54,417 bases of DNA from positions 1-54,417 of the IMG/VR virus record IMGVR_UViG_3300011116_000815; one strand, given 5' to 3'. Positions within the stretch are counted from its first letter, which is position 1. The number at the start of each line of letters is the position of its first letter. Made by a program: the position numbers and the translations under genes. Positions 1 to 9,058 of this stretch are shown here, one piece after another. The notes below the pieces were generated by a model, which saw nothing but the letters and a program-made list of their open reading frames with translations, was not told where the DNA came from and did not search any database. This DNA is from a virus (taxonomy: Duplodnaviria > Caudoviricetes).

Positions 1-169
1 GGCGCGGCGGGGCAGGGCCTGGCCAGGCACCGCAGGCAAGGCGAGGCCAGGCCGGGCCAGGCTGGGCGGGGCACCGCAGGCACGGCGCGGCGAGGCGTGG
101 CGGGGTCAGGCCTGGCCTGGCACCGCAGGCGAGGCGAGGCTAGGCGCGGCGGGGCCAGGCTGGGCGTGG
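1..169. other. Terminal overlap with 54249-54417 (circular assembly junction)
   Basis: Identical over 1-126, with 4 mismatches in 127-169. Confidence 0.9.
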
Positions 170-333
170 CACCGCAGGCTGGGCGTGGATGGGCATGGCA
201 AGGCTGGACCGGGAGCGGCAGGCGAGGCTTGGCGAGGCGAGGCACGGCGAGGCCCGGCGCGGCACCGCAGGCAAGGCACGGCGGGGCCTGGCGAGGCGAG
301 GCCTGGCCGGGCACGGCACGGCAGGCACGGCAA
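1..333 (+). repeat. GGC-NN pentamer array (3' part, continues from the contig end); putative guide-RNA array of the adjacent RAMP/Cas7-like gene
   Basis: Parses exactly into GGCNN pentamers interrupted by CGCA (31,75,124,173,266) or GGCA (217,320), usually after GGCAC; the NN positions vary. Confidence 0.9.
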
Positions 334-357
334 ACACTCACTTTCTCAAGAGGATCA

Positions 358-864
358 ATGGCCAAGAAGTTCAACTTCCGCAACGGTTATCGCGCCGTTG
401 TGGATGCCCAGACCGCTGGGCAGGAGCTGGAGCGCATCCGCTCTGATCACGGGGAGCTGACCGCAGCCCTTGTCGTTGATGAATCGCGGCCCGAGTCCGC
501 ACCGCTGCATCCCGCCTTCGAGTGGGATGACGCCGTGGCAGCGGAGAAGCACCGCGAGCATCAGGCCAGGACCATGATCCGGGCCGTCCAGGTCGTCGGC
601 AGCGATGGCCCGGCCGAACCGATCTACGTTCACATCAACTCGGCCGGGTCCTACGTGCCGACTGATGAGGTCGTGCAACGGCTGGACCTGTACGACGAGG
701 CCTACCGCGATGCTCAGTCCCGGCTGGCAGCAGCGGCCCACGCCGTGCGGATCCTGGCCAAGGCCGCCGAACGGTTGCGGCCGAAGTCCTTGTCTCGGAT
801 CGAGTCCGCTGCGGCAAGCCTGCAGAGGGCTCAGGACCGGCTGGCATCGGCGCCACCGCGCTGA
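358..864 (+). CDS. Conserved phage protein downstream of the array (LHPAFEWDDAVAAEKHREHQAR motif); candidate accessory protein of the RAMP/array locus
   Basis: ATG at 358 preceded by GAGGA; the track's extension to 97 is translated repeat; C-terminus is helical or coiled-coil-like. Confidence 0.75.
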   Translation: MAKKFNFRNGYRAVVDAQTAGQELERIRSDHGELTAALVVDESRPESAPLHPAFEWDDAVAAEKHREHQARTMIRAVQVVGSDGPAEPIYVHINSAGSYVPTDEVVQRLDLYDEAYRDAQSRLAAAAHAVRILAKAAERLRPKSLSRIESAAASLQRAQDRLASAPPR

Positions 865-900
865 CTGCTACCCTGAACCCATCCCCCCTCGCCGGCAGCC

Positions 901-1284
901 GTGGCCTCCGTTCTCACCTCCCGAGACGCTGAGCTGCGGCTGGAGGGCATCGCCGTGGCCAAGGCCCGGGACGTGTCGCTGCAGCTCCAGGCGGATCTGC
1001 CCGAAGACACCGCCCTGGGCCAGGACTCGCGGAGCTATGTCTATGGCCTCCGGTCCTACTCCGGTTCGGCCACCCTGCTCTACGACCGCAGCAGCCAGGT
1101 AAGCCAGGTCCTGCAGCAGGCCCTCACCGCCGACGACACGCCGCGGACACTGCAGCTGATCCTGCTGGATCGGAACATCAGCGGGACCATCCTGTTCGGC
1201 TCGGTCGGCCTGTCCGTCGCCGTTGGTGACATCGTCCAGGTGCCGGTCGGGATCACGTTCAACGAGATCAGCGGGACGGTCTGA
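901..1284 (+). CDS. Tail tube-like minor tail protein
   Basis: EDTALGQDSRSYVYGLRSYSGSATLLYD resembles tail-tube-fold proteins; tail module context. Confidence 0.6.
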   Translation: MASVLTSRDAELRLEGIAVAKARDVSLQLQADLPEDTALGQDSRSYVYGLRSYSGSATLLYDRSSQVSQVLQQALTADDTPRTLQLILLDRNISGTILFGSVGLSVAVGDIVQVPVGITFNEISGTV

Positions 1285-2324
1285 TGAGTCTGCTCGGGAC
1301 TGGCGGTGAGCTGGAGCTGAGCCGCGAGTGGCCACCGCTGACCGTGATCACGGACGCCCGGTTCGATTCCGGCCGCCTGTGGCTCTCCGAGCCCGGCTAC
1401 TGGCCAGGTGATCGGGTGGTCCTGTCCTGCACTCGTGGGCTGCCGATCGACGCGAACCTCAACGGTTACGCGGACTGCCCCGATGGGCACCGCCACTGGG
1501 GAGGCCTCGGCATCGCTGGGCCCGCCACAGCGCACCGGACCACCGATGCTGGCCCCTACTGGGCAGCGAGCGATGCGGCGGCCTACTGGGAATCGGCGGC
1601 CGGGACCGGCCTGACGCAGCAGTTGGCGTGCTACGTCGGCCGGGATACCCTGGGCCGGCTGGCATTCTACGACAGCGAGATCAACGGGGTCAACGGCGGC
1701 ACAACCGGCCGGCTGCCCCTGGCTGGCGTGGCATTCGGCGCCCTGGTGCTGGCCCCCTACTCCGCGGCCGCGGCCTACCAGGCGGCCCTGCTGCAGCTCG
1801 CTCAGTCCGTGGCGGCACTGCTGCCCCTCGACGAGCCCGAGGCCCCGGCGGAGATGCTGACGACAATCCCGGCCGCCGCATCTGAGGCCGAGCTGATCGG
1901 CTGGCGGATCCAGGCGCAGCTGGCGGAATGGACGCTGGACCAGGAGGCGGCGACGGCCGACACCAGCGCCCTGGCCGAACCGTTCGGCGATGCCGTCAAG
2001 GCCCTCGTGCGCGGGAGCGGCACGCTGCAGTTCGATGTCGAGCGCAGCTATCGCAGCGGCAACCAGGACGCAACGGCCCTGCTGCGGCTGGTGATGATGC
2101 TGGACCGGGGCTGCCGTGCTCGGGCTCGGTTCTACCTGCACCGCGATCGGCCCGCCGAGGCCCCGACGGCGAACCCCTGCCGTGATCCTCGACTGGGCGG
2201 CGCCCTGTGGTATGAGGCCAACATCCTGCTGGCCCGGACCGGGATCCAGACGGCGGCCCGGCAGCTGATCGCCGGCAGCGCGGCATTCCTGGTCCTGGGC
2301 GAGACCGAGCTACGGATGGGATAG
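1284..2324 (+). CDS. Putative virion structural/tail protein
   Basis: Coupled by TGATG overlap; C-terminal part (ADTSALAEPFGDAVKALVRGSGTLQF) is tube-like. Confidence 0.5.
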   Translation: MSLLGTGGELELSREWPPLTVITDARFDSGRLWLSEPGYWPGDRVVLSCTRGLPIDANLNGYADCPDGHRHWGGLGIAGPATAHRTTDAGPYWAASDAAAYWESAAGTGLTQQLACYVGRDTLGRLAFYDSEINGVNGGTTGRLPLAGVAFGALVLAPYSAAAAYQAALLQLAQSVAALLPLDEPEAPAEMLTTIPAAASEAELIGWRIQAQLAEWTLDQEAATADTSALAEPFGDAVKALVRGSGTLQFDVERSYRSGNQDATALLRLVMMLDRGCRARARFYLHRDRPAEAPTANPCRDPRLGGALWYEANILLARTGIQTAARQLIAGSAAFLVLGETELRMG

Positions 2325-2345
2325 GATGGTCGCGGTGAGTGGTGC

Positions 2346-2376
2346 AAGCCCCGGGTGTGACGGCCTGGGGCTTTTT
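2346..2376 (+). terminator. Rho-independent terminator
   Basis: AAGCCCCGGG-loop-CCTGGGGCTT followed by a T run, just after the stop at 2324. Confidence 0.75.
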
Positions 2377-2417
2377 CATGGTCGCTACCCTGACGGTGGG
2401 CATCCGATGGCGCAGCA

Positions 2418-5400
2418 GTGACGATCGTCAAGAAGTCGGGGGATTCCGGCAGCTGGCCCCTCGCATCAGATCAGGCGACCGTCAAGCAACAGCTGACCGC
2501 AATGCTCGACGGGCTCCGGCAGCTGATCGGCAGCGCCAACATCGCCGGCGGATCGGTCGAGCTCAACGACCCGCTCAACGCACCATTCCAGCTCTACGTC
2601 AACCCCTACATCGGATCTGATGCCTTCGCCGCTGGATCGTTCGCCAGCTACGACCCAGATCCTGCGGGCAGCAATCCGACCGCTGCGAACATCGACGCGA
2701 AGATCCGGCGGATTGACAATCAACGCCTAACGTGCGGATACAGCGAGGCGAGGCCATTCAAGACGATCAATCGCGCGATCATCGAAGCGGCGCTGATCAC
2801 CAGCAAGAGCTGGTTCACCTATGGCGGTGAAACGGCTCATCTGGATTGTGTCAGCATCCGACTGAGCGCCGGGGTTCACACCCTCTACAACGACCCCGGC
2901 AACACTGGCACCACCCCTGCGGTTTGGGCTGATGGCAAGGTTCCAACGGTCGCGGAACTGATCGGATTCAATCCGAATGAAGGCGGTGTAATCCTGCCTC
3001 GTGGGTGCACGATGTGGGCCCCGGATTATCGCAAGTGCAGCATCCGCCCGAACTATGTCCCGGCTGATGCCGATGAGGCCTATAGCGAATCTGGCGGGGT
3101 TGCAACGATCACCGGCCGATCGTGTTTCTTCCGCACTACTGGAACCGGATACACGTTCGGTTACACGATGATGGACAAGCTGGGCAGCACTCAGAGCCAT
3201 CACCTGCTCAGCGGCTACGAGTTCGCATCACAATCGCAGCTAACGACGTTCTACGGCAAGGTCAACACCGCCCTGGCCCCGAACGGCAACGGATCGGCCA
3301 CCCTGCTGGTGGCTCGCACATCGGAGCATCAGATCGTCGGCCCAATCAGTGGCAGCCCATCAGAGGCATGGGACACGACCGGATCGGCGTCGTTCTACAT
3401 CCTCAACGTCGGCATCCGATCAGAGCGGGGATTGTGCGGCGCCCTGATGGATGGCAGCAAGGTCACCGGCCTGCGGTCGATGGTAACTGCTCAGTTCACC
3501 AACACCAGCAACCAGCGCACCCTGAGCTGCTGGCAGATCTACTCCGGCGGCAGCTGGGTCACCCCTGCGAACTACCAGGCGATGATCGACGCATCGCCGG
3601 ACTCGCGGCGAATGAAGCCCGGTCGGCGATCATTCCACATCCGGCCCATCAACGGCGCCTTCGTGCAGACCGTTTCGGTGTTCAGCATCGGCGTCGGGAT
3701 CCACAACTGGACCCAGACCGGCGGCGAGCTGGATGCGACGAACGGCAACACCAGCTTCGGCGGCGTGGCAGCCCTGGCCGAGGGATACCGGTCGGCGGCG
3801 TTCACGATCGACAAGAGCTGGACCATCTCCGCCTTCCGGGTGCCTCTGCGCCCTGATGCCAAGGCTCCAGCCATCCGGCGGATCTTCCTCGGGACGGTCA
3901 GCAGTGCCAGCTCGGGGGCGATCACGATGGCCGCTGCCCTGGACCCCGCCGTGCTGGAGTCCTACACCCTGCGGGCTGGCTCCTACGTCTGGGTCGAGAA
4001 CCCCCAGGGACCTGACTGGAGGGCACAGCTGGCGAACCCTGCCTGGAGCAGCGGCGCGCCGACGATCATCAACATCACCGCCGCGCTGGCCGATGAAAAC
4101 GCCGCGGCGGCCGGCAGCAGCGCCAACGGCCGCCGGGTCTACATCCGCCGGCTGGCCGATAACCGCAACCGCGATGAGCGCCGGCTGGTGCTCAAGCTGT
4201 CGAACACCACCAACGCCAGGACGCCACAGCGCCATCAGGTCCTGCAGCTCGACCCGACCCGGGCGGGCGTGAACGGCGTCCTGCCTGCCGCCAGCACCTT
4301 CGCCATCACATCGACCACGGCCACCACTCCGGTCGGTGCTGGGGTGCTGCGGGCGGCGCTGGTGTCGCTGCGGCGGTCGAACCCGGATCAGAACTACGCC
4401 AACGGGACCTACTACCGCAAGGGCACGGTGGTCAAGAGCGGGAACAAGCACTGGGCAGCGATCAACGACCTGGCCGCTGCCACGGCGACGCCAGACCCGG
4501 CGCTGTGGTCGGAGTGCTACGTGGCGATGCCTGAGGCCTACAACGCCGAGGACCCTTTCGCCAATGAGGCCCCCAGCCTGGTTCTGGACGACGACGCCAG
4601 CGGCACTGAAGCATCGACGACGCTGGGCTGGGACTGGACCACGGCATTCACCAGCGGCAGCAGCACGGCGGCGGCATGGCTGCGGACCCAGTACCGCAGC
4701 GGTGTCGACTACCTGGCGGCTCATGCCCTGCTGGTGGCCCTCGGGCTCAGCTCGAGCGATGCCCACACCGCCCTGGCCCCACAGCTGGAGGCCAGCCGAT
4801 TGCGAGATCCGGCATCGTCCAGCGACTTCCCGGTGGCGCCCGCCGGGGGGCTGGCGAACGGCAGGGCGAACTACCCCGTTGAGTTCCGCCGCCCCTCGAC
4901 CCTGGCCATGGCCCCGCATCGGACGGCATGGTGCGGATGGGGGAACTACTCCACCGCGCTGCCTCAGGTCCAGCAGGACATGGCTGCCCGCAACCGGTTC
5001 AGCTATCTGTTCACCAATGCCGGCGGTGGTTTCGTCGCCTGCGACGGGACGCAGGAGGACATGCTGCGATTCACCCCCGCTGGGCTCGAAGATCTGACCA
5101 CCGGCGAGGTCGCCCAGGTCGGGGACATCGGCGCCCCTGACGTGTCGGTGGGATCCTCAACGACGTTCACCGGGACGATTATCGACAGCATCTTCCAGGG
5201 TGTGATGGACTTCACGGGGGCGACCCTGCAGGGGTTCCCGCTGGCCAACAGCTCAACTCCCGGGCTGATCGAAACCGCCACGATTGCGGAGGTGCTGACG
5301 GCGATGACCACCGTTGGCACCGGCGGGCTGGCCCTGACGACCGATTCAATGCCGGCGCCGATGAGATCAAATGCCGTGGACATGGGCAGCGGCACCGCCC

Positions 5401-5660
5401 TGGACCTGAGCCTAGGAGCGTTCTTCTACCGAACCGTCAACGGCAATGTGACATTCACATTCACCAATGTGCCGGCCAATGGGGTGACGCTATTCCTGTT
5501 TGAGTTCACCTACACCAGTGGCACGATCACATGGCCAGCGATCCTATGGGCTGACGGAACGGCGCCGACGCTTGTGGCCGGATACACCTACACGATCGCC
5601 TTCTACACCCGCAACGGTGGCAGCACCTGGCGCGGCAGTCGCCCCACAATCTGGACCTGA
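2418..5660 (+). CDS. Large tail fibre/tail spike-like protein (1080 aa)
   Basis: LYVNPYIGSD...RPFKTINRA motif seen in cyanophage fibres; Gly/Ser/Thr/Ala-rich; C-terminal TVNGNVTFTFTN beta domain. Confidence 0.65.
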   Translation: MTIVKKSGDSGSWPLASDQATVKQQLTAMLDGLRQLIGSANIAGGSVELNDPLNAPFQLYVNPYIGSDAFAAGSFASYDPDPAGSNPTAANIDAKIRRIDNQRLTCGYSEARPFKTINRAIIEAALITSKSWFTYGGETAHLDCVSIRLSAGVHTLYNDPGNTGTTPAVWADGKVPTVAELIGFNPNEGGVILPRGCTMWAPDYRKCSIRPNYVPADADEAYSESGGVATITGRSCFFRTTGTGYTFGYTMMDKLGSTQSHHLLSGYEFASQSQLTTFYGKVNTALAPNGNGSATLLVARTSEHQIVGPISGSPSEAWDTTGSASFYILNVGIRSERGLCGALMDGSKVTGLRSMVTAQFTNTSNQRTLSCWQIYSGGSWVTPANYQAMIDASPDSRRMKPGRRSFHIRPINGAFVQTVSVFSIGVGIHNWTQTGGELDATNGNTSFGGVAALAEGYRSAAFTIDKSWTISAFRVPLRPDAKAPAIRRIFLGTVSSASSGAITMAAALDPAVLESYTLRAGSYVWVENPQGPDWRAQLANPAWSSGAPTIINITAALADENAAAAGSSANGRRVYIRRLADNRNRDERRLVLKLSNTTNARTPQRHQVLQLDPTRAGVNGVLPAASTFAITSTTATTPVGAGVLRAALVSLRRSNPDQNYANGTYYRKGTVVKSGNKHWAAINDLAAATATPDPALWSECYVAMPEAYNAEDPFANEAPSLVLDDDASGTEASTTLGWDWTTAFTSGSSTAAAWLRTQYRSGVDYLAAHALLVALGLSSSDAHTALAPQLEASRLRDPASSSDFPVAPAGGLANGRANYPVEFRRPSTLAMAPHRTAWCGWGNYSTALPQVQQDMAARNRFSYLFTNAGGGFVACDGTQEDMLRFTPAGLEDLTTGEVAQVGDIGAPDVSVGSSTTFTGTIIDSIFQGVMDFTGATLQGFPLANSSTPGLIETATIAEVLTAMTTVGTGGLALTTDSMPAPMRSNAVDMGSGTALDLSLGAFFYRTVNGNVTFTFTNVPANGVTLFLFEFTYTSGTITWPAILWADGTAPTLVAGYTYTIAFYTRNGGSTWRGSRPTIWT

Positions 5661-7147
5661 TGAGTATTCTCGCCCGACGACAATTCGCCGTCAGCTCCGG
5701 ATTGACGGCCAGCAGCATCATCGGAGACGCAGCGTTTCGGTTCGATTTCAATACCGGAACGCTGAACGATCTCGTCAGCAACACCAGCGTGCTGACGGTC
5801 AATCGCCCTTACGAGAAGTTTCACATCAGCTCCAGCAGGAGATACACCAGGGCATCAGCAGGCACCGTCACCTATCAGCACGACAGCAGCGGGAACAATC
5901 TCGGCGTGCTGATGGAGGGATTCCGAACGCAGGGCATCAGGTACTCTAATCGCTTCGCCGGGTCGGGAGGATGGGAGCCGCCGAACCTGACCTTCGGCGG
6001 CAACACTGGCGCAGGCGGTGGCGGCTATCTGGCAGGCTGCACCATCACAGGTGGTTACCCCGGTCCCATTGATGGGCTTGAAAACACCTCTACGTATCAA
6101 TCTTCCAGGCTGCAACTTGACACGACCTTCGGCGATCACTTCATTGGTAAGTTCGGACTATGGTCAATCTCTACGCTTCAGAGTTACACCATCGCCGTCA
6201 AGGGCTTCGGCGACACGGCTAACCACGCGGTCAGGATCGGGACAGCCGGCGCCAGCTTCGCTGGGGAGGAAGGAATCTTCATAACCCTCGACCTGCAGAC
6301 CGGGGCGGTGCTTGACTATCGCACGACCTACACCGCACAGTTCGATGGGCTGCTCAGATTCCCGAACGTCACCCGCACTCAGGACGGATGGCTGCTGGTG
6401 ACGTTCCGGGTTGGTGGCGTCAGCTCGGGCGGTGGCACCAGCTACTCGCAGCCGCGTGTCCGCATCGTGCGGAAACAGGGCGGCGCGATCCTGGCGCAGT
6501 TCACCGGCGACGGGTCCAGCGGTGTGGACATCTTCGGATTCCAGCGTGAGTACTATCAACCGCTGCCGTCGAGCTACACCCACAGCGACGGTCCCAGCAC
6601 ACCGATCACCAGGCCGTCCGACGGACTCACCTGGACCCTGCCCTCTCCGCTGAACGCCAACCTGCGGGCGGTCATGGTGGAGGTCAACGGGCACGTTGAA
6701 TCCTCCAGCCTGTTGACCCTGGACGACGGCACCGCCTCTGGCTCCACGTTCGCCGGTCACTACGTGGACCTGCAATGCCAGGGCGGCCAGTACCGGGTCG
6801 CCATGCGCCGCAACTCCGGGACCGAGTTCCTGAGCAATGCCGGGCTCACCCCATCTTCGGTCCTGACGGGCGCATGGACTGGGTCCTACTCCGGCCCCAG
6901 GTCTGGGATGATGCCGACTCGCCAGCGGTTCGTCTGCAGTTGGAACAGCTCGGCCATCCGGGCGCTGGCAGGGGGCGGCCCTGGCGATGGGCAGATCACC
7001 CACGGGCTCGGCGGTCTCCCGACGATCACCCGCCTGATGATCGGGCAGGGCAACAATGGCCACGCGAACATCCCGATCGCGCGGGTCATCGGCTGGACCC
7101 GAGAACTGACCGGCCTGGAGATGTTCACCCTCATGGCAGCCCGCTGA
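5660..7147 (+). CDS. Fibre/spike protein with C-terminal ConA/LamG-like domain
   Basis: GVLMEGFRT...SNRF motif and C-terminal TRLMIGQG...IARVIGWTREL; same architecture as 41451-42746. Confidence 0.55.
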   Translation: MSILARRQFAVSSGLTASSIIGDAAFRFDFNTGTLNDLVSNTSVLTVNRPYEKFHISSSRRYTRASAGTVTYQHDSSGNNLGVLMEGFRTQGIRYSNRFAGSGGWEPPNLTFGGNTGAGGGGYLAGCTITGGYPGPIDGLENTSTYQSSRLQLDTTFGDHFIGKFGLWSISTLQSYTIAVKGFGDTANHAVRIGTAGASFAGEEGIFITLDLQTGAVLDYRTTYTAQFDGLLRFPNVTRTQDGWLLVTFRVGGVSSGGGTSYSQPRVRIVRKQGGAILAQFTGDGSSGVDIFGFQREYYQPLPSSYTHSDGPSTPITRPSDGLTWTLPSPLNANLRAVMVEVNGHVESSSLLTLDDGTASGSTFAGHYVDLQCQGGQYRVAMRRNSGTEFLSNAGLTPSSVLTGAWTGSYSGPRSGMMPTRQRFVCSWNSSAIRALAGGGPGDGQITHGLGGLPTITRLMIGQGNNGHANIPIARVIGWTRELTGLEMFTLMAAR

Positions 7148-7419
7148 TGCTGATCCGAACCGACACCATGGAGCCAGTCACCATGGATCAACTGCGGGCC
7201 GAGAATCCGCGCACGTGGTTTCCGCTGGAGCCCACCGACGCAGACCTGGCAGGGTTCTGCATCGCGCGGGTCCGGCCCACGCCGATCCCGCCGCATGACC
7301 CGACCTGCGAGCGGTGCGCCGAGACCGCACCCCGCCTGGGACCTGATGGTGCCTGGCTGCAGTCGTGGGAGATCATCCCGAACGATCCGGGGCCGGAGCG
7401 AGACTGGCACGTAGCCTGA
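7147..7419 (+). CDS. Small tail-fibre-associated protein
   Basis: ATG overlaps the upstream TGA; QLRAENPRTWFP...WLQSWEI pattern typical of genes that follow fibres. Confidence 0.5.
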   Translation: MLIRTDTMEPVTMDQLRAENPRTWFPLEPTDADLAGFCIARVRPTPIPPHDPTCERCAETAPRLGPDGAWLQSWEIIPNDPGPERDWHVA

Positions 7420-7443
7420 TGGGGCTGGCATGCCCGCACGGCC

Positions 7444-7722
7444 ATGGACCCCGACCGCGTCACTCACGTCGACCTGCTGCGGGGCCTGGCGGTCCTGGAG
7501 ACAAAGGTTGACCGCCTGATCCAGGACCAGGCGGAGGAGCGGCAGGCCATGGGCGGGGAGTCAGGCATATACGCCCGGCTGAACCGGCTCGAGCAGCGCA
7601 TGGCGCAGGTGGTCATCCTGGCGGCAATCTGCGGGCTGCTGCTGCCGGTCGTGACGACAGTGGTGATTGATCGGTTCTGGCCCGCCGCTACCGTTGAGGT
7701 GACCGCTGATCCCCAGCCGTGA
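7444..7722 (+). CDS. Membrane protein (coiled-coil plus one TM helix), holin/lysis-associated
   Basis: Hydrophobic VVILAAICGLLLPVVTTVVI; upstream of the endolysin. Confidence 0.55.
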   Translation: MDPDRVTHVDLLRGLAVLETKVDRLIQDQAEERQAMGGESGIYARLNRLEQRMAQVVILAAICGLLLPVVTTVVIDRFWPAATVEVTADPQP

Positions 7723-7889
7723 AAGACGTCAGCCTGTCCGACCTGATCGAGATCATCCTGGCCCTGCATGGTGCGGCCGTGCTGGTCGTCAACCTGACCG
7801 ACACCCCGAAGGACAACGACCTGGTGGGCCGGTTCTACCGCGGTGTTGAGCTGTTCGCCGGAATCTTCACTCCGCTGGTCAAGCGATGA
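7719..7889 (+). CDS. Small holin-like protein (56 aa, not in the ORF track)
   Basis: Manual translation MKDVSLSDLIEIILALHGAAVLVVNLTDTPKDNDLVGRFYRGVELFAGIFTPLVKR; overlaps both neighbours by 4 bp. Confidence 0.6.
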   Translation: MKDVSLSDLIEIILALHGAAVLVVNLTDTPKDNDLVGRFYRGVELFAGIFTPLVKR

Positions 7890-9058
7890 GCCTGGCGAGC
7901 GTCCGGGCAGCCGCAGAGCACGCGGCATGCCGTGGGGCCCTGGAGCCCCACCAGCTGGCGGCATTTCAGGCGCTGGATGAATCGCTGAGCGAGGCGCAGC
8001 GCCAGCGGTTCAGCGAGCTGTGGCGGGCCGCTCCGCTGCCGAAGCCGGCCGACAGCCCTGCCGCCAAGCTGGCCCTGCCGCTGATCAAGGAGTTCGAGGG
8101 GTGCAGCCTGACCGCCTACCCCGACCCTGAAACCGGCGGCGATCCCTGGACCATCGGGTGGGGAGCCACTCGATACTTCGATGGGGCCTTCGTGAAGCGT
8201 GGCGACACGATCATCCAGGCGGTCGCTGATGACATGCTCGACAGCGACGTCCGCGACGTGCTGGCCCCGCGGCTGGCGAAGTCGGTCCCTGGCTGGTCCA
8301 GGCTGTCCGCATCGCAGCAGGCAGCGCTCCTGTCGTTCGCCTACAACGTCGGCGCTGGGTTCTACGGGGCCTCTGGATTCGACACGATCAGCGCCGCCCT
8401 GCGCGAAGGTCGACTGGCCGATGTGCCGGCAGCGCTGAGGCTCTACGTCAACCCCGGCGGGCCCAGCGAGGCGGGCCTGAGGCGTCGACGGGAGGCAGAG
8501 GCGAAGATGTGGGGTGGTCCCATGAGGCCGACCGAGAAGATTCTGCGGGTGCCGTATTTCAGCCAGAACGACAACCGCAGCGGGGAGGGTTTCCGCGAGT
8601 GCTTCAGCTCCACCTGCGCCATGGTCGCCGCGTTCTACGGCAAGGTGAAAGGCGACGATGAGTACAACCTGATCCGCGCCAGGTTCGGCGACTCCACCAA
8701 GGCACAGGTGCAGATCCAGGCGCTGCGAACCCTAGGCCTCGATGCCCGACTGGTGACCAACGCTGCCCCTGGGCTGCTGGAGTCCGAGATTCTCGCCGGT
8801 CGGCCGGTGCCGGTGGGCTGGCTTCACCATGGCCCCGTGACGGCCCCGACGGGCGGGGGGCACTGGACGCTGTGCATCGGGTTCACCGCTGAATCGTTCG
8901 TGATGAACGATCCGAATGGGGCCGCAGATATGGTGAATGGTGGATACGTCAACCACACCCAGGGCAGCGGCATCGCCTACAGCCGCCGGAACTGGCTCAG
9001 GCGCTGGGAGGCCGATGGGCCCTCGACGGGGTGGGCGCTGCTGGTCAAGCCGGTGTAG
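7886..9058 (+). CDS. Endolysin: GH24 lysozyme plus C39-like peptidase
   Basis: IKEFEG-x-AYPDP-x-WTIGWG and GLRRRREAE; C-terminal VPYFSQNDN...CFSSTCAM...GHW...DP. Confidence 0.85.
   Translation: MSLASVRAAAEHAACRGALEPHQLAAFQALDESLSEAQRQRFSELWRAAPLPKPADSPAAKLALPLIKEFEGCSLTAYPDPETGGDPWTIGWGATRYFDGAFVKRGDTIIQAVADDMLDSDVRDVLAPRLAKSVPGWSRLSASQQAALLSFAYNVGAGFYGASGFDTISAALREGRLADVPAALRLYVNPGGPSEAGLRRRREAEAKMWGGPMRPTEKILRVPYFSQNDNRSGEGFRECFSSTCAMVAAFYGKVKGDDEYNLIRARFGDSTKAQVQIQALRTLGLDARLVTNAAPGLLESEILAGRPVPVGWLHHGPVTAPTGGGHWTLCIGFTAESFVMNDPNGAADMVNGGYVNHTQGSGIAYSRRNWLRRWEADGPSTGWALLVKPV

Noticed and set aside
1-333. Array as a canonical CRISPR or a simple microsatellite
   Set aside because: There are no 25-45 bp direct repeats with unique spacers. 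The NN positions are too diverse, and the delimiters too regular, for a slippage satellite.
97-460. ORFs running through the GGC-NN array (97-864 extension, 106-333, 140-337, 185-460, 189-446; also 54116-54331 and 54194-54391)
   Set aside because: These are low-complexity Gly/Arg/Ala translations of a stop-poor repeat. The real gene has an RBS and ATG at 358.
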